Assembly (NCBI GenBank): GCA_002269645.1
Contig: NIVC01004637.1
Span: forward strand, 1 to 39,999
Length of the DNA stretch: 39,999 nt
Origin: Macrostomum lignano
Lineage: Eukaryota
Direction: 5' to 3'
Positions within the stretch are counted from its first letter, which is position 1, and each line of letters opens with the position of its first letter. Below, piece after piece: positions 21,350 to 32,275 of this stretch. The translations under genes were made by a program, and so were the position numbers. The notes below the pieces were generated by a model. It saw only the letters and a program-made list of their open reading frames with translations. It searched no databases and was not told the origin of the DNA.

Positions 21350-23214
21350 GGTTTTATTCAAGAAAGAGCCAAGATACAAAGTGCATTAGCCGAAGTCACA
21401 CAGTCCATAGTGAGAAGCAGACTAGACTTTGGCGAGTTTGTTGAGCACGACATTCACTTTGTTGGCAGCTTTCCCGAGGGCTGGTCAAGCAGTCTGGTGC
21501 GATTGGACGGCCGGACAGACCATGGCTGGACATTGATGTCACTTTATTGACAGAAACCGCGTAATTCACTTTGAGGAGACTTGCGAATGTGACAAAAGTT
21601 TGGGAATTTATGCCATTGAAGTCCAAAACGGACACGTCTACTGCCCAAACACAGGTGAGGCAAAAAAGATTGTTTCAATCGGGCAAAAAGTAACAATTTA
21701 CAGCAAACACGTCTTTTGATTAGCAAAAATTGACACTTCAATTTGGTCCAATTTCCTTTTCAGCTGAAAACCCGCCCAATCCTGGTTTGGAATGGACTGG
21801 AAACCAGCAGTGGATCTCGTGTGGGCTGTTCGCTCCTGCAGTTACCCTCCAATCGAGTTACTTCAACAGCCACTGTATGAGAAGAGCAACATCGACCCAG
21901 CTGTGCTGCAAGACTTGAAGAGCACTCTGTCGCAACCGGAATTTCCGTGTCATTTAGTGACGGCTGCCTCTCCGGGATTGGAGGGCCATCAGTTGCGAGT
22001 GAGCACCATATTTCTGGAGCGAAAACTGTTCAGAAGCCTTAATGACATTCAAGGTCAGGTGTTTGTGCTAATAAAGTTCATAGTGAAGAAGTGATCTCAC
22101 CACAAGTTCAAGGGTTGAAAACTTATCACGCTAAGAATCTCTTATTTTATCTGCTGGATGAAACACCAGCAAAAGACTGGAAGCCTGAAAGTTTGATTTA
22201 CCTAACGAGAATCGCCTTACGAAAGCTACACAGCTGCTTAGTCTGCAACTCAAATGATGAAAATAAACTGATGAATCACTTTTTTCTACGGAATGCCTGT
22301 CTGTATCTCAAGAAAGGACACAGTGGGAAGAAACGCATCGCTACTGTCGTTAATAAAGTCATTAGTGATCTTCATAACGTTATTCTCGAATTCAAGGCCA
22401 ATTTGCGGCCAGTCAGGCCAGACGGCTCTTTCCACTTTCATCCGTTCCTTATGCAGCCAGTGATGAAAGCAAGGAGCACGGAAATCCACTGGGACAACAT
22501 CCAGTACGAAGATCTTTATGACGCAGTGCGAAGTTTGCTATTGAGATTGGGCAAGAATGACTGTACTAGCGACCATGAGCTGCAGTCGTTGCTGAAAGAC
22601 GCATCGAGGATTCCCGACTATGCATTTTCTGCCCGACAGTGTCTGATAGTCATGTCTTATATGAAGTTCGGCAAGCTTGATGAGGCTCTCCACGTATTAA
22701 GTACCGGTGCATCGAAAGCACTTCTTCGTAAAGGAATTCGATTAGAGTTTAAAGCAGCAGACCAACAGATTATACAGAAGTAGTTTGGAAGCAAATAAAA
22801 CATTGCGACTCAGCTTGGAAGTTTTGTTTTGAGCATGACACGCAGCTGGCCTTAAATTTCCTGCCGCAGAGTCTGATCGAGCTCTTCCCTGTAACATGTC
22901 TGTACATAAATTGGTACTATATAAATTTTGATGCTTTCTGGAAGTCTCTGGAACTAGCAATGAATGCATTAGTTAGTTTCATTGAGTCAAGCGCTTGGTT
23001 TGAAGAAATCCTAGAAACTGATACCTCCGACGTGCAGGACTTGCTAACAGCGCTGGAGTTTTGCTCAGACGAACAACTGCTGGTGAGACTGATTCACAAA
23101 AACAAAAAGTGCGTTTTGACGCACAGACGACTGCGAACGAAAATAAGCCAGCTGGTTAGATTAAAAGTAAGTTGCCCGTCTAGTAATAGAATGTTTCTTA
23201 ATATTCTTCATTGA
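21350..23214 (+). CDS. Mab-21/cGAS-like receptor (cGLR) nucleotidyltransferase domain plus helical C-terminus; several frameshifts/stops (pseudogene or assembly error)
   Basis: FVGSFPEGW (21464) ... DID (21529-21537, next frame) ... PAVDLVWAV ... LRVSTIFLERKLFRSL...QVFVLIKFI ... GLKTYHAKNLLFY ... W...L...L..CL...MNHFF. A probable intron lies at ~21655-21763. Confidence 0.8.
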
Positions 23215-23971
23215 CAAAAGCACAAAAAATGACGACCAACTTTTCTATTTTATAAAAACAGCCACAAATCGTCTCTGTGAGCGTTGAACGAGCCGCTGCA
23301 TTGGCCGTTAAGATGCTTCGGCAAAATGGTTACTACTAACGATAACAAGACCGACCGATTAAAAGAACAATGACTTTGACCTTGACACCAAAGCGACGCG
23401 ACTTTTCAGTATTGTAATACGAGCGTAGACAATTTTTTAACCGGCGGTGATAATGTTTGTGTACCGCTTAAAGTCTAGACGATTTTAGTACACTCATGCG
23501 ACATTTTAAGATGGAGTGTAGAATTGTAAAGTCTTTCCCACTTCGATTTTTTACCAAGACATGAATAGTACGATGGCTAAGTTTAATAATACGTAATTTT
23601 ACATTAGCAGGTTTGTAAACAACCTGACGGGCCTTTGGATGACGCAGAATGTAGAAATGACACAATCGAATATATCCTTTAAAAAATAAATATGACGCGC
23701 AAAAAATCAACGTTCCAAAAGAGGATATATTCTAGATATACCCCATAACAAAAATGACGAAACTTAAACCAATAAAACAACACAAGATTTTCCCTATCCC
23801 AACAAAAATAAAGCTAAAATCATAATACTACTTTAAGGCGAAAAATATCGACACATTTTGACTTTAAAAGTCAAACAACAATCCTTCAAATAACTATTTG
23901 AAGTTATAGTTATTCAAATAACTATATAAATAATCTATTTGCACCTGCGTATATCAGCCCCATTGAGTGTC

Positions 23972-24012
23972 ATTTCAAAGCTCTCTATTTAATCCTATAT
24001 ATTGACAGCGCT
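23972..24012 (+). repeat. Left arm of a 41-bp inverted repeat (partner 33497-33537)
   Basis: ATTTCAAAGCTCTCTATTTAATCCTATATATTGACAGCGCT versus the reverse complement of 33497-33537; 39/41 identical. Confidence 0.9.
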
Positions 24013-24496
24013 GCCATAGTTTAAATCGATGTTTGAATATACGGTGCTCGTACATTTTATTGATACTTGATGATTGACAGTTTAGCTCAGAAATATTTCG
24101 CCAGCTTCTTTAGTAAGGGCTCTTATAAACAATTTAGCTTGGCTTTTACTTTTGGTTTGGTTTGGTCTCCCGTTGTGAGAGTTCCACTTTTTATCTATAT
24201 ATTGTTTTGTATTATGCACAGCGGTGTGTTTGGTGGTGTGATTCGCGCTTTTCCCGATCTTTCCACCGTAGCTAGAGTTTGAGTAATGACCGGTTTGCCT
24301 AGCCGGCTTGTACGGCGTGGGCTAACCGGCGTTTGCGATTGGCTAGGAGGGGTTGTTTGGCTCCACCCGTGGGGGGTGGGTTTGCGGCGTTGGGGTGGGT
24401 GGTCGTATTCTGTGCCTTTTAGGCCTCGCTTTGAGCTGAGATCGCTTGTTCTCGCGGCGTTGAATTTCTTGTTCTCGCGGCTACCCCTGAATAGCA

Positions 24497-25571
24497 ATGG
24501 CTGACTCAAACCACAGAGTGCATATGCCCGAGACTGTGAAAGGCCTGAAGCCGCGCTTAGACAGGCAGGCCTCTCTGCAAACGGCTGTAAGGAAGTACTC
24601 AGGGAGCGCTTGGCTGCTCATCACGAAGCAACGCAACTGGAACTCAATGCCCCGACTGATCCACGGCAAAAAGAACTAGACACGGACAACACTTCCAGAA
24701 GCAGTCAAAGCAGCGGACGTGGAGCTGCGGCCTTTGAGCCTCAAGGCGGCTGGAGCGGCGGCAGGGGCCCGACTGGCGCTGTGGGAGGCGACCTGGACAA
24801 GGAGCTGGAGCTCGCGGAGAAGAGGGTGCGCCTCCTGACTCTGCGCAAGCAAGAAACCGCTCTAGAAGCTGACGCTCGCGATTTACGGAGACGCAATGAT
24901 CCCCCCGGTGAGATGTCGTGCCTTTCTGAGAGGGTTTTGAATGAGGGCCCCAACCTTGAGTCAGAAGGGACAGTTGCCGGAGGGGCGTACAGGCCGGTGG
25001 AACACCTAAGTAGCCGTAAGCAGAAGGATGCCGGGTTGGCCACCACAGTCGATAAATCGGGCCACGTGAGTATGAGTCAAAGTCAGCGGCTGTTGAGTCG
25101 ATGTCATTCGGTGACTGGATTACTGGAAACGCGAACGCGCTGATTCACATGTTGCATGACAGCAAGCTGGTGCGTCTTTCCGAGACGGGAACCGTGGATG
25201 TTTCGGAGCTGGTTGAGTATCTTCGCATTAATGCTCGGGTTGGCGAATTGTTCGATCTTGGCTTTGATCGGCCGAAGGTGATGCGGTTCGATGACGAGTG
25301 TCGCACGCAGAAGCAGCAGAATCAGAGTTGGAATCAGCCAGCATCTGACCTTGGGCTTGTGGCAGCGTACCTGATGGCGCCAGGCAAATCGGATCAGGCG
25401 AACGCTCGTGCAACTCGAAAAGGAGGCCAGGGAATCTGTTTTGACTTCAACCGGGCTGGTGGCTGCTCCAGAGCTCAGTGCCGATTTGCTCACCGATGCC
25501 GCCGGTGCGGCCAGAGCCACTCCGAAGCCTCCTTCCACCGCGAAGGGGATCCGGAGTTTCCACGCCAATGA
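24497..25571 (+). pseudogene. Ngaro ORF1 (gag-like), frameshifted
   Basis: N-terminal coiled coil (LELAEKRVRLLTLRKQETALE) and C-terminal CFDFNRAGGCSRAQCRFAHRCRRCGQSH, the CCCH/CCHC finger typical of Ngaro ORF1. Confidence 0.75.
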
Positions 25572-25703
25572 CTCGAGGACTCAGGGGCACGGGAACATCA
25601 GGAGTCGCCCCCGTATCCCCTTAGTGAATCAGCTGTTCAGAGCGACTCCCACACCAAAAATGCTATCTCAACTCTAGAAAATCTCGTCAATACCGATAGT
25701 TTT

Positions 25704-27227
25704 ATGAAAAATCTTTGCTTATCGAGTGACATGCATCTTGAAGCCTGGAAAGAAGAATTGGAAGAAATTGATATCTCCAAAGATGAAGCCAGTTTTATAA
25801 TTTCTGGTGTAACTCATGGATTCCGCATTACTAACAAGATATGCAGTGATCCCCAGCCAAACATCGAACTGGAAAACTATTATTCCTTGAACATCAACAT
25901 TAACATGCATTATTCCGATGCACAGATCCAGAAAGAAGTTCTGCGCGGTCGGTATCGCCGCTGCCCGATGGCATCAAGCCAGATTGTCAGTGCCTTGGGG
26001 CCATTCCTAAGCCTGGATCCGCCTCAGTGCGACTCATTTACGATTGCAGCCGGCCTGAGGGACTCGCGGTTAACGACTACTACTCAATGCCTTCAAAATT
26101 CCGTCTGACATCCGCTACGAACTTCAGCAGGACTGCGTCCCGGCTCTTACATGTGTAAAGTTGACCTTAGCCAAGCCTACCGTTCGTGCGGGATCCACCC
26201 TGATGATCAGATGCTAGCCGGAATTAAGTACTTGCCTCCTGGTAGCCGCGAGCCAGTCTACCTCATAGACACCAGGCTTCCATTCGGAGCAGCGGCTTCC
26301 GTCTACTGTTTTCAAAAGCTGAGCTCTGCCATCAGACTCATGATGATCAAACGCGGTTTCAATAACACGGAGGCCTATATTGATTATTTAGCCTTCTGCG
26401 GTTCCTTGACTGAATGCAGGGACTTCTATTTGGAGCTCAAGAGTCTCGTTGTGCGCCTCGGATTTGAGATCAACGAAGAGAAATGTGTGCCACCGACTCA
26501 GTGCATGGTTTTCTTGGGAATCAGATTCGAATCTGTGGCTGGAACGATGTCGCTACCGCCCGAAAAGTTGGAAGAGCTGCAGCTGCTGCTGAAAGACTGC
26601 CTGGCGAAGCCGAGGCTTTCCAAGTGGATTCTGCGGAGGGTGATTGGCAAACTGAACTGGGCTGCGCAGGTTGTACCTCACGGGAGGCCTTTCCTGAGGG
26701 ACCTCATCGACGCTGCCGATTCACTGAAAAGCCCGAGTCATCGAGTCAAGATGAACACTCCACTGCACAGCTGCTTACTCTGGTGGCGCCTTGCGCTGGA
26801 AAGCCGTCGATCTAGACCGACCTGGCAGCCAAACAAGCCCTGCCTCGCCATGGAGACAGATGCTTGCGGTCCAGGCGGTGCTGCTATTCTCCAAGATTCG
26901 AATGGTTGCCGGGACTGGCTCTACTTCAGCTGGTCAGCTGATGCTGAGGCCGAGTACGAAAATCTTCCTATTAATTACAAGGAGGCTGTGACCGTCCTTC
27001 TCGCGATCATCTGCTGGGGTAGCCAGCTTTTTGGCTATCGTATTGGCGTTTTCTGCGACAACGGCAATAAAGGTTCGTCTAGAGAACCCATCATTCTCCG
27101 GCTGCTGCAACAGCTGGCTCTGCTCTGTGTTCAAAATGAACTCGATCTGAAGGTGCTGCACGTCCGGGAAATTTTCAGTTGTTGGCCGATCCGGGTTCCC
27201 GGTTGCATAGCCGCAGTCAGCTGGTAA
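25704..27227 (+). pseudogene. Ngaro RT-RNase H
   Basis: KVDLSQAYR, DTRLPFG, YIDY (YxDD with D>Y), FLGI, IGKLNWAA, TDACGPGGAA, INYKEA, FCDN. Confidence 0.88.
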
Positions 27228-27329
27228 ATTTTCTGTGTCGGGTTATGGGACTCTCGATGTTGATGATGAAGAGTTCAGCAGCCACTGCCTCTGCCCCGCC
27301 ACCCGTCGCTTTCTCAATTTTCAGGTCGC

Positions 27330-28300
27330 CTCCCTCCTGCAGCCGCCAGCCACGTCGGGCCCCAAGCCCGCCGCCTGCTGAGTCTCGCCTACGCTAGCAG
27401 CTCAAGGCGGTCACTGTCATCCGCCGTCGCCTCCTGGCTGCGGCATTGCCGGGCTGTCGGCACCGATCCGGTCAACTCTACCGTCGCCACGTTACTCAAC
27501 TACCTGGCGGAGCTGTGCTTCACTCGTCTTTGGTCGCCCAGTAGCCTCCGAGTACATCTCAGCGCAATCTCTGCTTTTCTAAGATCCGCCAGCGCGGTCG
27601 ACATCACGAAGCATCCCCTGTGCTCCTCCTTGTTCGAGGCTCCAGGCGCGCCCTCAGCGGCACCCCACGGCGAGCTCAGGCCCTCTCACCTGACGACCTG
27701 CTTCGCATTCGTCGCACCATTCACGATAGCGACCCACGAGGCGTTGCATGCTGGGCGGCAATCCTGTGCGGCTGGTGGGCGATGTTGCGCAAATCCAGCC
27801 TGTTCCCCGAGTCAGCAGGAGTGCAAGCGCTCCAGCGAAGGGACCTGAGAGCAGTGCCATCCGGCCTGGTTCTGAGCCTGAGGCACAGTAAAACCAACCA
27901 GTTCGGAGCCCGGGTGCACCGCGTGCTGCTGCCGAAACTGTCCGGTGGCCACCCACTCTGCCCGACTGAAGCCATGATGCGGCACCTACGTGTCAATGGC
28001 ATCTCGGCTCCGTCCACCCCGCTCTTCTCAGCGTCAAGCGGCTCAAAGCGGGTCAATCTGTCAGCTTCCTATTTCGTGCGCTTTCTCCGAAATTCCCTGC
28101 GCTGCGCTGGACTTCAGGGCCAGGGTGTGCTGTACTCTGCGCACAGTCTGCGGCGGGGCGGCGCTACGTGGTGCCTTCGAGCTGAGCTGGCAGAGGATGA
28201 GATCAAGGCTGTCGGTGACTGGCGCAGCGACGCGCGACTGGTGCACGACCTGAGAGTGACTTATCCTTCCGAGCTGCCAAGAAGATGGCTCAGGCGGTGC
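27330..28300 (+). pseudogene. Ngaro tyrosine recombinase
   Basis: SAM-like N-terminus (TLLNYLAEL...SLRVHLSAIS), then MLRKSSL, HSKTNQ, AHSLRRGGAT and GDWRSDARLVH, with His where the catalytic Tyr is expected. Confidence 0.88.
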
Positions 28301-29223
28301 AGCGGCTTTGCTAACTCAGCCATTCATGGTTTTTGTGCGTGTTGTTAACTTCTTTTTTCTTCGTCGGTTCCTTTGCTTTTACTGTCCTTGCTTGCCTTTG
28401 TAATGTTTTATTTCCTGTTGTTATGCTCGTAATCTTCGTGTTCGGTGTTTTTTCGCTTTGTACTCGTTTTCTTTCGTGTCCTTTCGTCTTTGTGTTTTGG
28501 CATTGGGCTCAATTGTGCCACCTGTGTTCTCACCAAGCGCCTTTCGTTGTCTCCCTTTCTGCCATAGAGCTAAAGATAGTAATCGCAGTTTTCACGATTG
28601 TTTAAAAGCAAATACGTGCTCTGAGTATGCTCAAGATTGCGCTATGCTCAGTGGATAAATAATCAGCGGTCCCAGTGCGTGACAACGATTGTCTGGCGAG
28701 CGCCGGTAGGCGCGAGCCATAGACAAATCGTTGTCACGTGCTGCGACCGCTGATTCTTTGCATTGTTTTTCTGTTTGACGATCCTACAGACAATGCATTG
28801 TTTGTAGTAATGGATTGTTCTGCATTAAAAATGTGAATAATGATTGTCAAATTGCTAAACAATGAAAGTGATAGGTGGTTCATGGTGGAAGATACCTATC
28901 TAAGCAAATTTGTTGCACCAAACTTATGATTGCGCCATTATTGTAAAGAATCGTGTCAAGCAGTTCCAAATATGTAAAATTATAAACTTTAATTAGTCAC
29001 CATAGTGGAGTCAAGATTGCGACCAATGAAATTTCATCTTCTCTTTGAATTATTGACGACTGACTTCATCCCCATTTTTGAGCATATTTTCTTGCATCTT
29101 TCTTGCATATTTAATCTATTTCTCGAATTTATATTTCGCATCATTCCTTCAATTCTTATTTAATTCAATTCAATTCAATTCCAATAGATAAAACATTTAT
29201 TGAAAAATTGTTGCAGTGGGAGA

Positions 29224-30801
29224 AATGGACAAAGTCGTCCATTCAGCAGCCCGCCAGCACCCAGCAGCCCGCAGCAGCACCCAGCAGCCAAAGAAAACGC
29301 GGGCCGCCAGGCAAGAATACATTTGCCCGTTCGGCAGCTGCATGCCAATTAAAGAATCCAGATTCAGCGAACACATCAAAAGGGCGCACTCAGCTGTTCA
29401 AGAAAGCACGAAAGAAAAGCTAGCAGCAACTGCACAGTAAATGCACAGTAACCAGCAGATGCTCTGCAGAGAAAAGCTCTGCAAGCGCTGCGAGCTGCAG
29501 TTGAGCTGCATACGCACCAAAGAACTGCTGGCCCGATGCCCGAGACGGCACTACAGTGTGCAGTCTGCGGCGAATGGAAGAACAACGCGAATCAGCTTAG
29601 CAGCCACAAGCGAAACAGCCACCCTAGCGTAGTCCGAGCCGAGAAAGAGCAGAAACTGATCGAAGCCAGGGCCAAAGTGCCAGCCAGAGCAGCAGTGGCT
29701 GAGCACCCATCGACAGTTGACGTGGAAGCACTTTGCGTCTTCCTGGCCAGCTCTCTCGGCGGACGGAAAAAGCCGGCTACGTTCCGCGAGATCCGCTGCT
29801 ACCTCAAACGGCTAATGCAGCGTCTAGACATTACGAGCTTCAATCAGCTGATCAGCGAAGATCTGCGCGATAAAATTAGCGAGTACCTGAACAGTTTGTC
29901 CTACTCGATTCTAAAACAAATGGTGTCCGCACTTGAGAAATTCGGTAATTTTTCAATTACCCGCCGTTTCCAGCAGATCGTAGACGGTGGGATGCACCAA
30001 CAGCTGACCTCGTACAGGCAGTCCACAAAATATTGGACTGCAAGTTCAATGGGGTCGAAGGCTGAATATTACGCGAAGCTTGTTGACCGCCGAGAGGAAG
30101 AATTGCTCACAGGCGAGCAGATTGCAGCAGTCTTTCAGATGAAAGACGCTGTGCTGGCAGAAGCGCGATCAACCAAGGACAGGTGAGTTAAATTTTTCCC
30201 AATGCTTTTTATGCCGAGGTATAAAAGTTTGATGGGGCTTAATATGACACTGGAATTCAAAATAGCACTGGTATTCAGAATGGCACTGCAAATTTTATTA
30301 GCTCAGAAATTACAGAAATCTGAGACAGCTCAGAAAATTACCTCTAAATAAATAAATACCTCTAATTCCATCCGCACAGGACGGTGACATACCTGGCCGT
30401 TGGCATGGTTATCTGTTTTGGTGATGGAAATGCCAACCGGCAAGGCGTAGCCTCTACCTGCCTAATCTCTGACGCCCGGCTCAAGGTGGCTCAAAGCACC
30501 TAACGAGCCGTTAAAGGTGCAAAGTCACAAGTCCAACGCCAAGCATGGGTCGGCCTGGGCCAGCGCTTGCGCTGAGCGTCCAAAGGACGATGACCTGGCG
30601 CTCGTATTTCCTTACGGGTCCTTTGATAGACTGTTCTATCAATATCGAGAAAGGTATTCTCCACTGCTCAAGAACGTTACCGTTTCAAATTTTCGGCAAT
30701 GGTTGGAAGTCATGGGCCTGTCGAACTGCTCTGCGGAGGAACAGCGGCTCATGGCTGACCACCAGAATCACAACGAAGGTGTGCAGCGCCAATTTTACCA
30801 G
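29224..30801 (+). CDS. Spliced C2H2 zinc-finger + tyrosine recombinase (Crypton-like) gene; one frameshift near 30490; 3' end unresolved
   Basis: Fingers CPFGSC..RFSEHIKRAH and CAVC..LSSHKRNSH. Phase-2 intron 30183-30379 (AG|GTGAGT..CACAG|G). Catalytic-like series NANRQG, SHKS, VTVSNFRQ, QNHN and QFYQ, followed by a donor at 30802. Confidence 0.72.
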
Positions 30802-32275
30802 GTAAAATTGCTAAATTTGCTAAATAATTGTCACAGAAGACTTCTGAAACTACAAAAATTACATTTTAAGCGTAAAATTGGATGCCTTAGCAACTAAATA
30901 GTCCTGAATAAGAACTAAATTCAATACACTGAATAGCTGCATATAACATAGGTTCAGTCATTAAAGCTGCGCATTTGAGCCCTTGCACCAATGTACGAAT
31001 GTAGTTTACACCATTACGAGTATTATATTGTTGTGTCTCGACCTAATGGCCGCTGGACGGGTCAGGGTTCGGGTCCTCCCGCCTAAGACACCCCGGTCCC
31101 AGCCCTCTACCCCGGCTACTCCTACGCGCCCTTCGCTCGGCTCGGCGAGAGTTCGCCGGACCGACCACCCTGAGATCAGCGAGTGTTTACCGGTCTCAGG
31201 TCCCTACCAGCTCCCGGCCCCACGCGGCAACCCAAAAGACGAAAGCACGTGCTCACCTCTGCGTTTACAGACTTATTCGCGAAGCGTTTATTGGCGAAGC
31301 GTTTATTGGCACGAAGCAGAATAATCAGCGATTGCGGGAGTCGAGTTATTAGCTTGCAGAGAGCAGGTTTGCAGAGTGACGCCGAAGAACGGGATAGAAT
31401 ACAAACAAAAAGAAAGAAACGTGGAGCGCAGCACGCTCAGGGCGGGCCCTTAAATAATATTTACACAAAAAAGGGGGGAGGGGTGGGGCAGAATGGAGAG
31501 GGCGAGCCAAACCCTGGGGCCCAGCCGGCTTCTCAGCCAGCCAAGCCAATACGAGCAGCCCCAGGGTGAGGCGGGCAAAGAGGGAGGGGGTAGGGTCAGC
31601 ACCTAGATTGGACAGAAGTTGCGCCGGGGACTGGGTGCAGAAAGGGCTAGGCCAGGGTTAAGGCTTACGCCTCTCACAAACCCTGGCCCGGGCGCGAGAC
31701 GGGGGACGGGGCGGGGTGGCATGAAAACTGAAAACACAAGCACTGGAAGGGCGCAGCCCAACAATATCGTATTTTTTTTATTAATTTTACTGATCTGACT
31801 CCATCAAACCTGCAATCCCGTCTGAAAATGCAAACAGGGCCAGACCAAGGAGAGGCGAAAGAAAGGACGTGACCTAACGAAGAAGTTGGCGTCGAGTGCG
31901 ACAGCGCTGCAAGAGGACATCCTGAGCGCCAAAGCTCCAATTCAAGGCAGCCGGCTGCAGAGGGCGGCCAACGAACTCGCCGGCGGCATCGATGGCGACA
32001 GTGAGTACAGCATGGTTGCTAGCATTTGAGGGAAATTAGAATTTGCGAATAACCCGTACGATTAAAATGCGCTATAAATGCAAAGAAATTTATTAATTTT
32101 GTCAGAAATGACCAAAAAAATTTACCTTAGCAATAAAAAAGATGGTCAGTTCTAAATTTTTTCTCCTTGTTAAAGGCTTAAAAAACTTGCTTTTCTAATT
32201 AGATTACGAATTCTGCTTAAAAACACTTGCTACTTTCTATCATTAGATTACGACCTGGACAGCATTCTGCATAGG

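Larger units (their letters stand above)
24070..28655 (+). mobile_element. DIRS-order (Ngaro-like) tyrosine-recombinase retrotransposon, inactivated; boundaries approximate
   Basis: Gag-like ORF with CCCH finger, then RT, RNase H and tyrosine recombinase, all on +. No methyltransferase was seen, and the terminal repeats were not resolved. Confidence 0.88.

Noticed and set aside
31169-31250. Hammerhead ribozyme (CTGAGA ... GAAA)
   Set aside because: CCTGAGA pairs with TCTCAGG (31194-31200), so the supposed core is in a stem, and the three helices could not be built.
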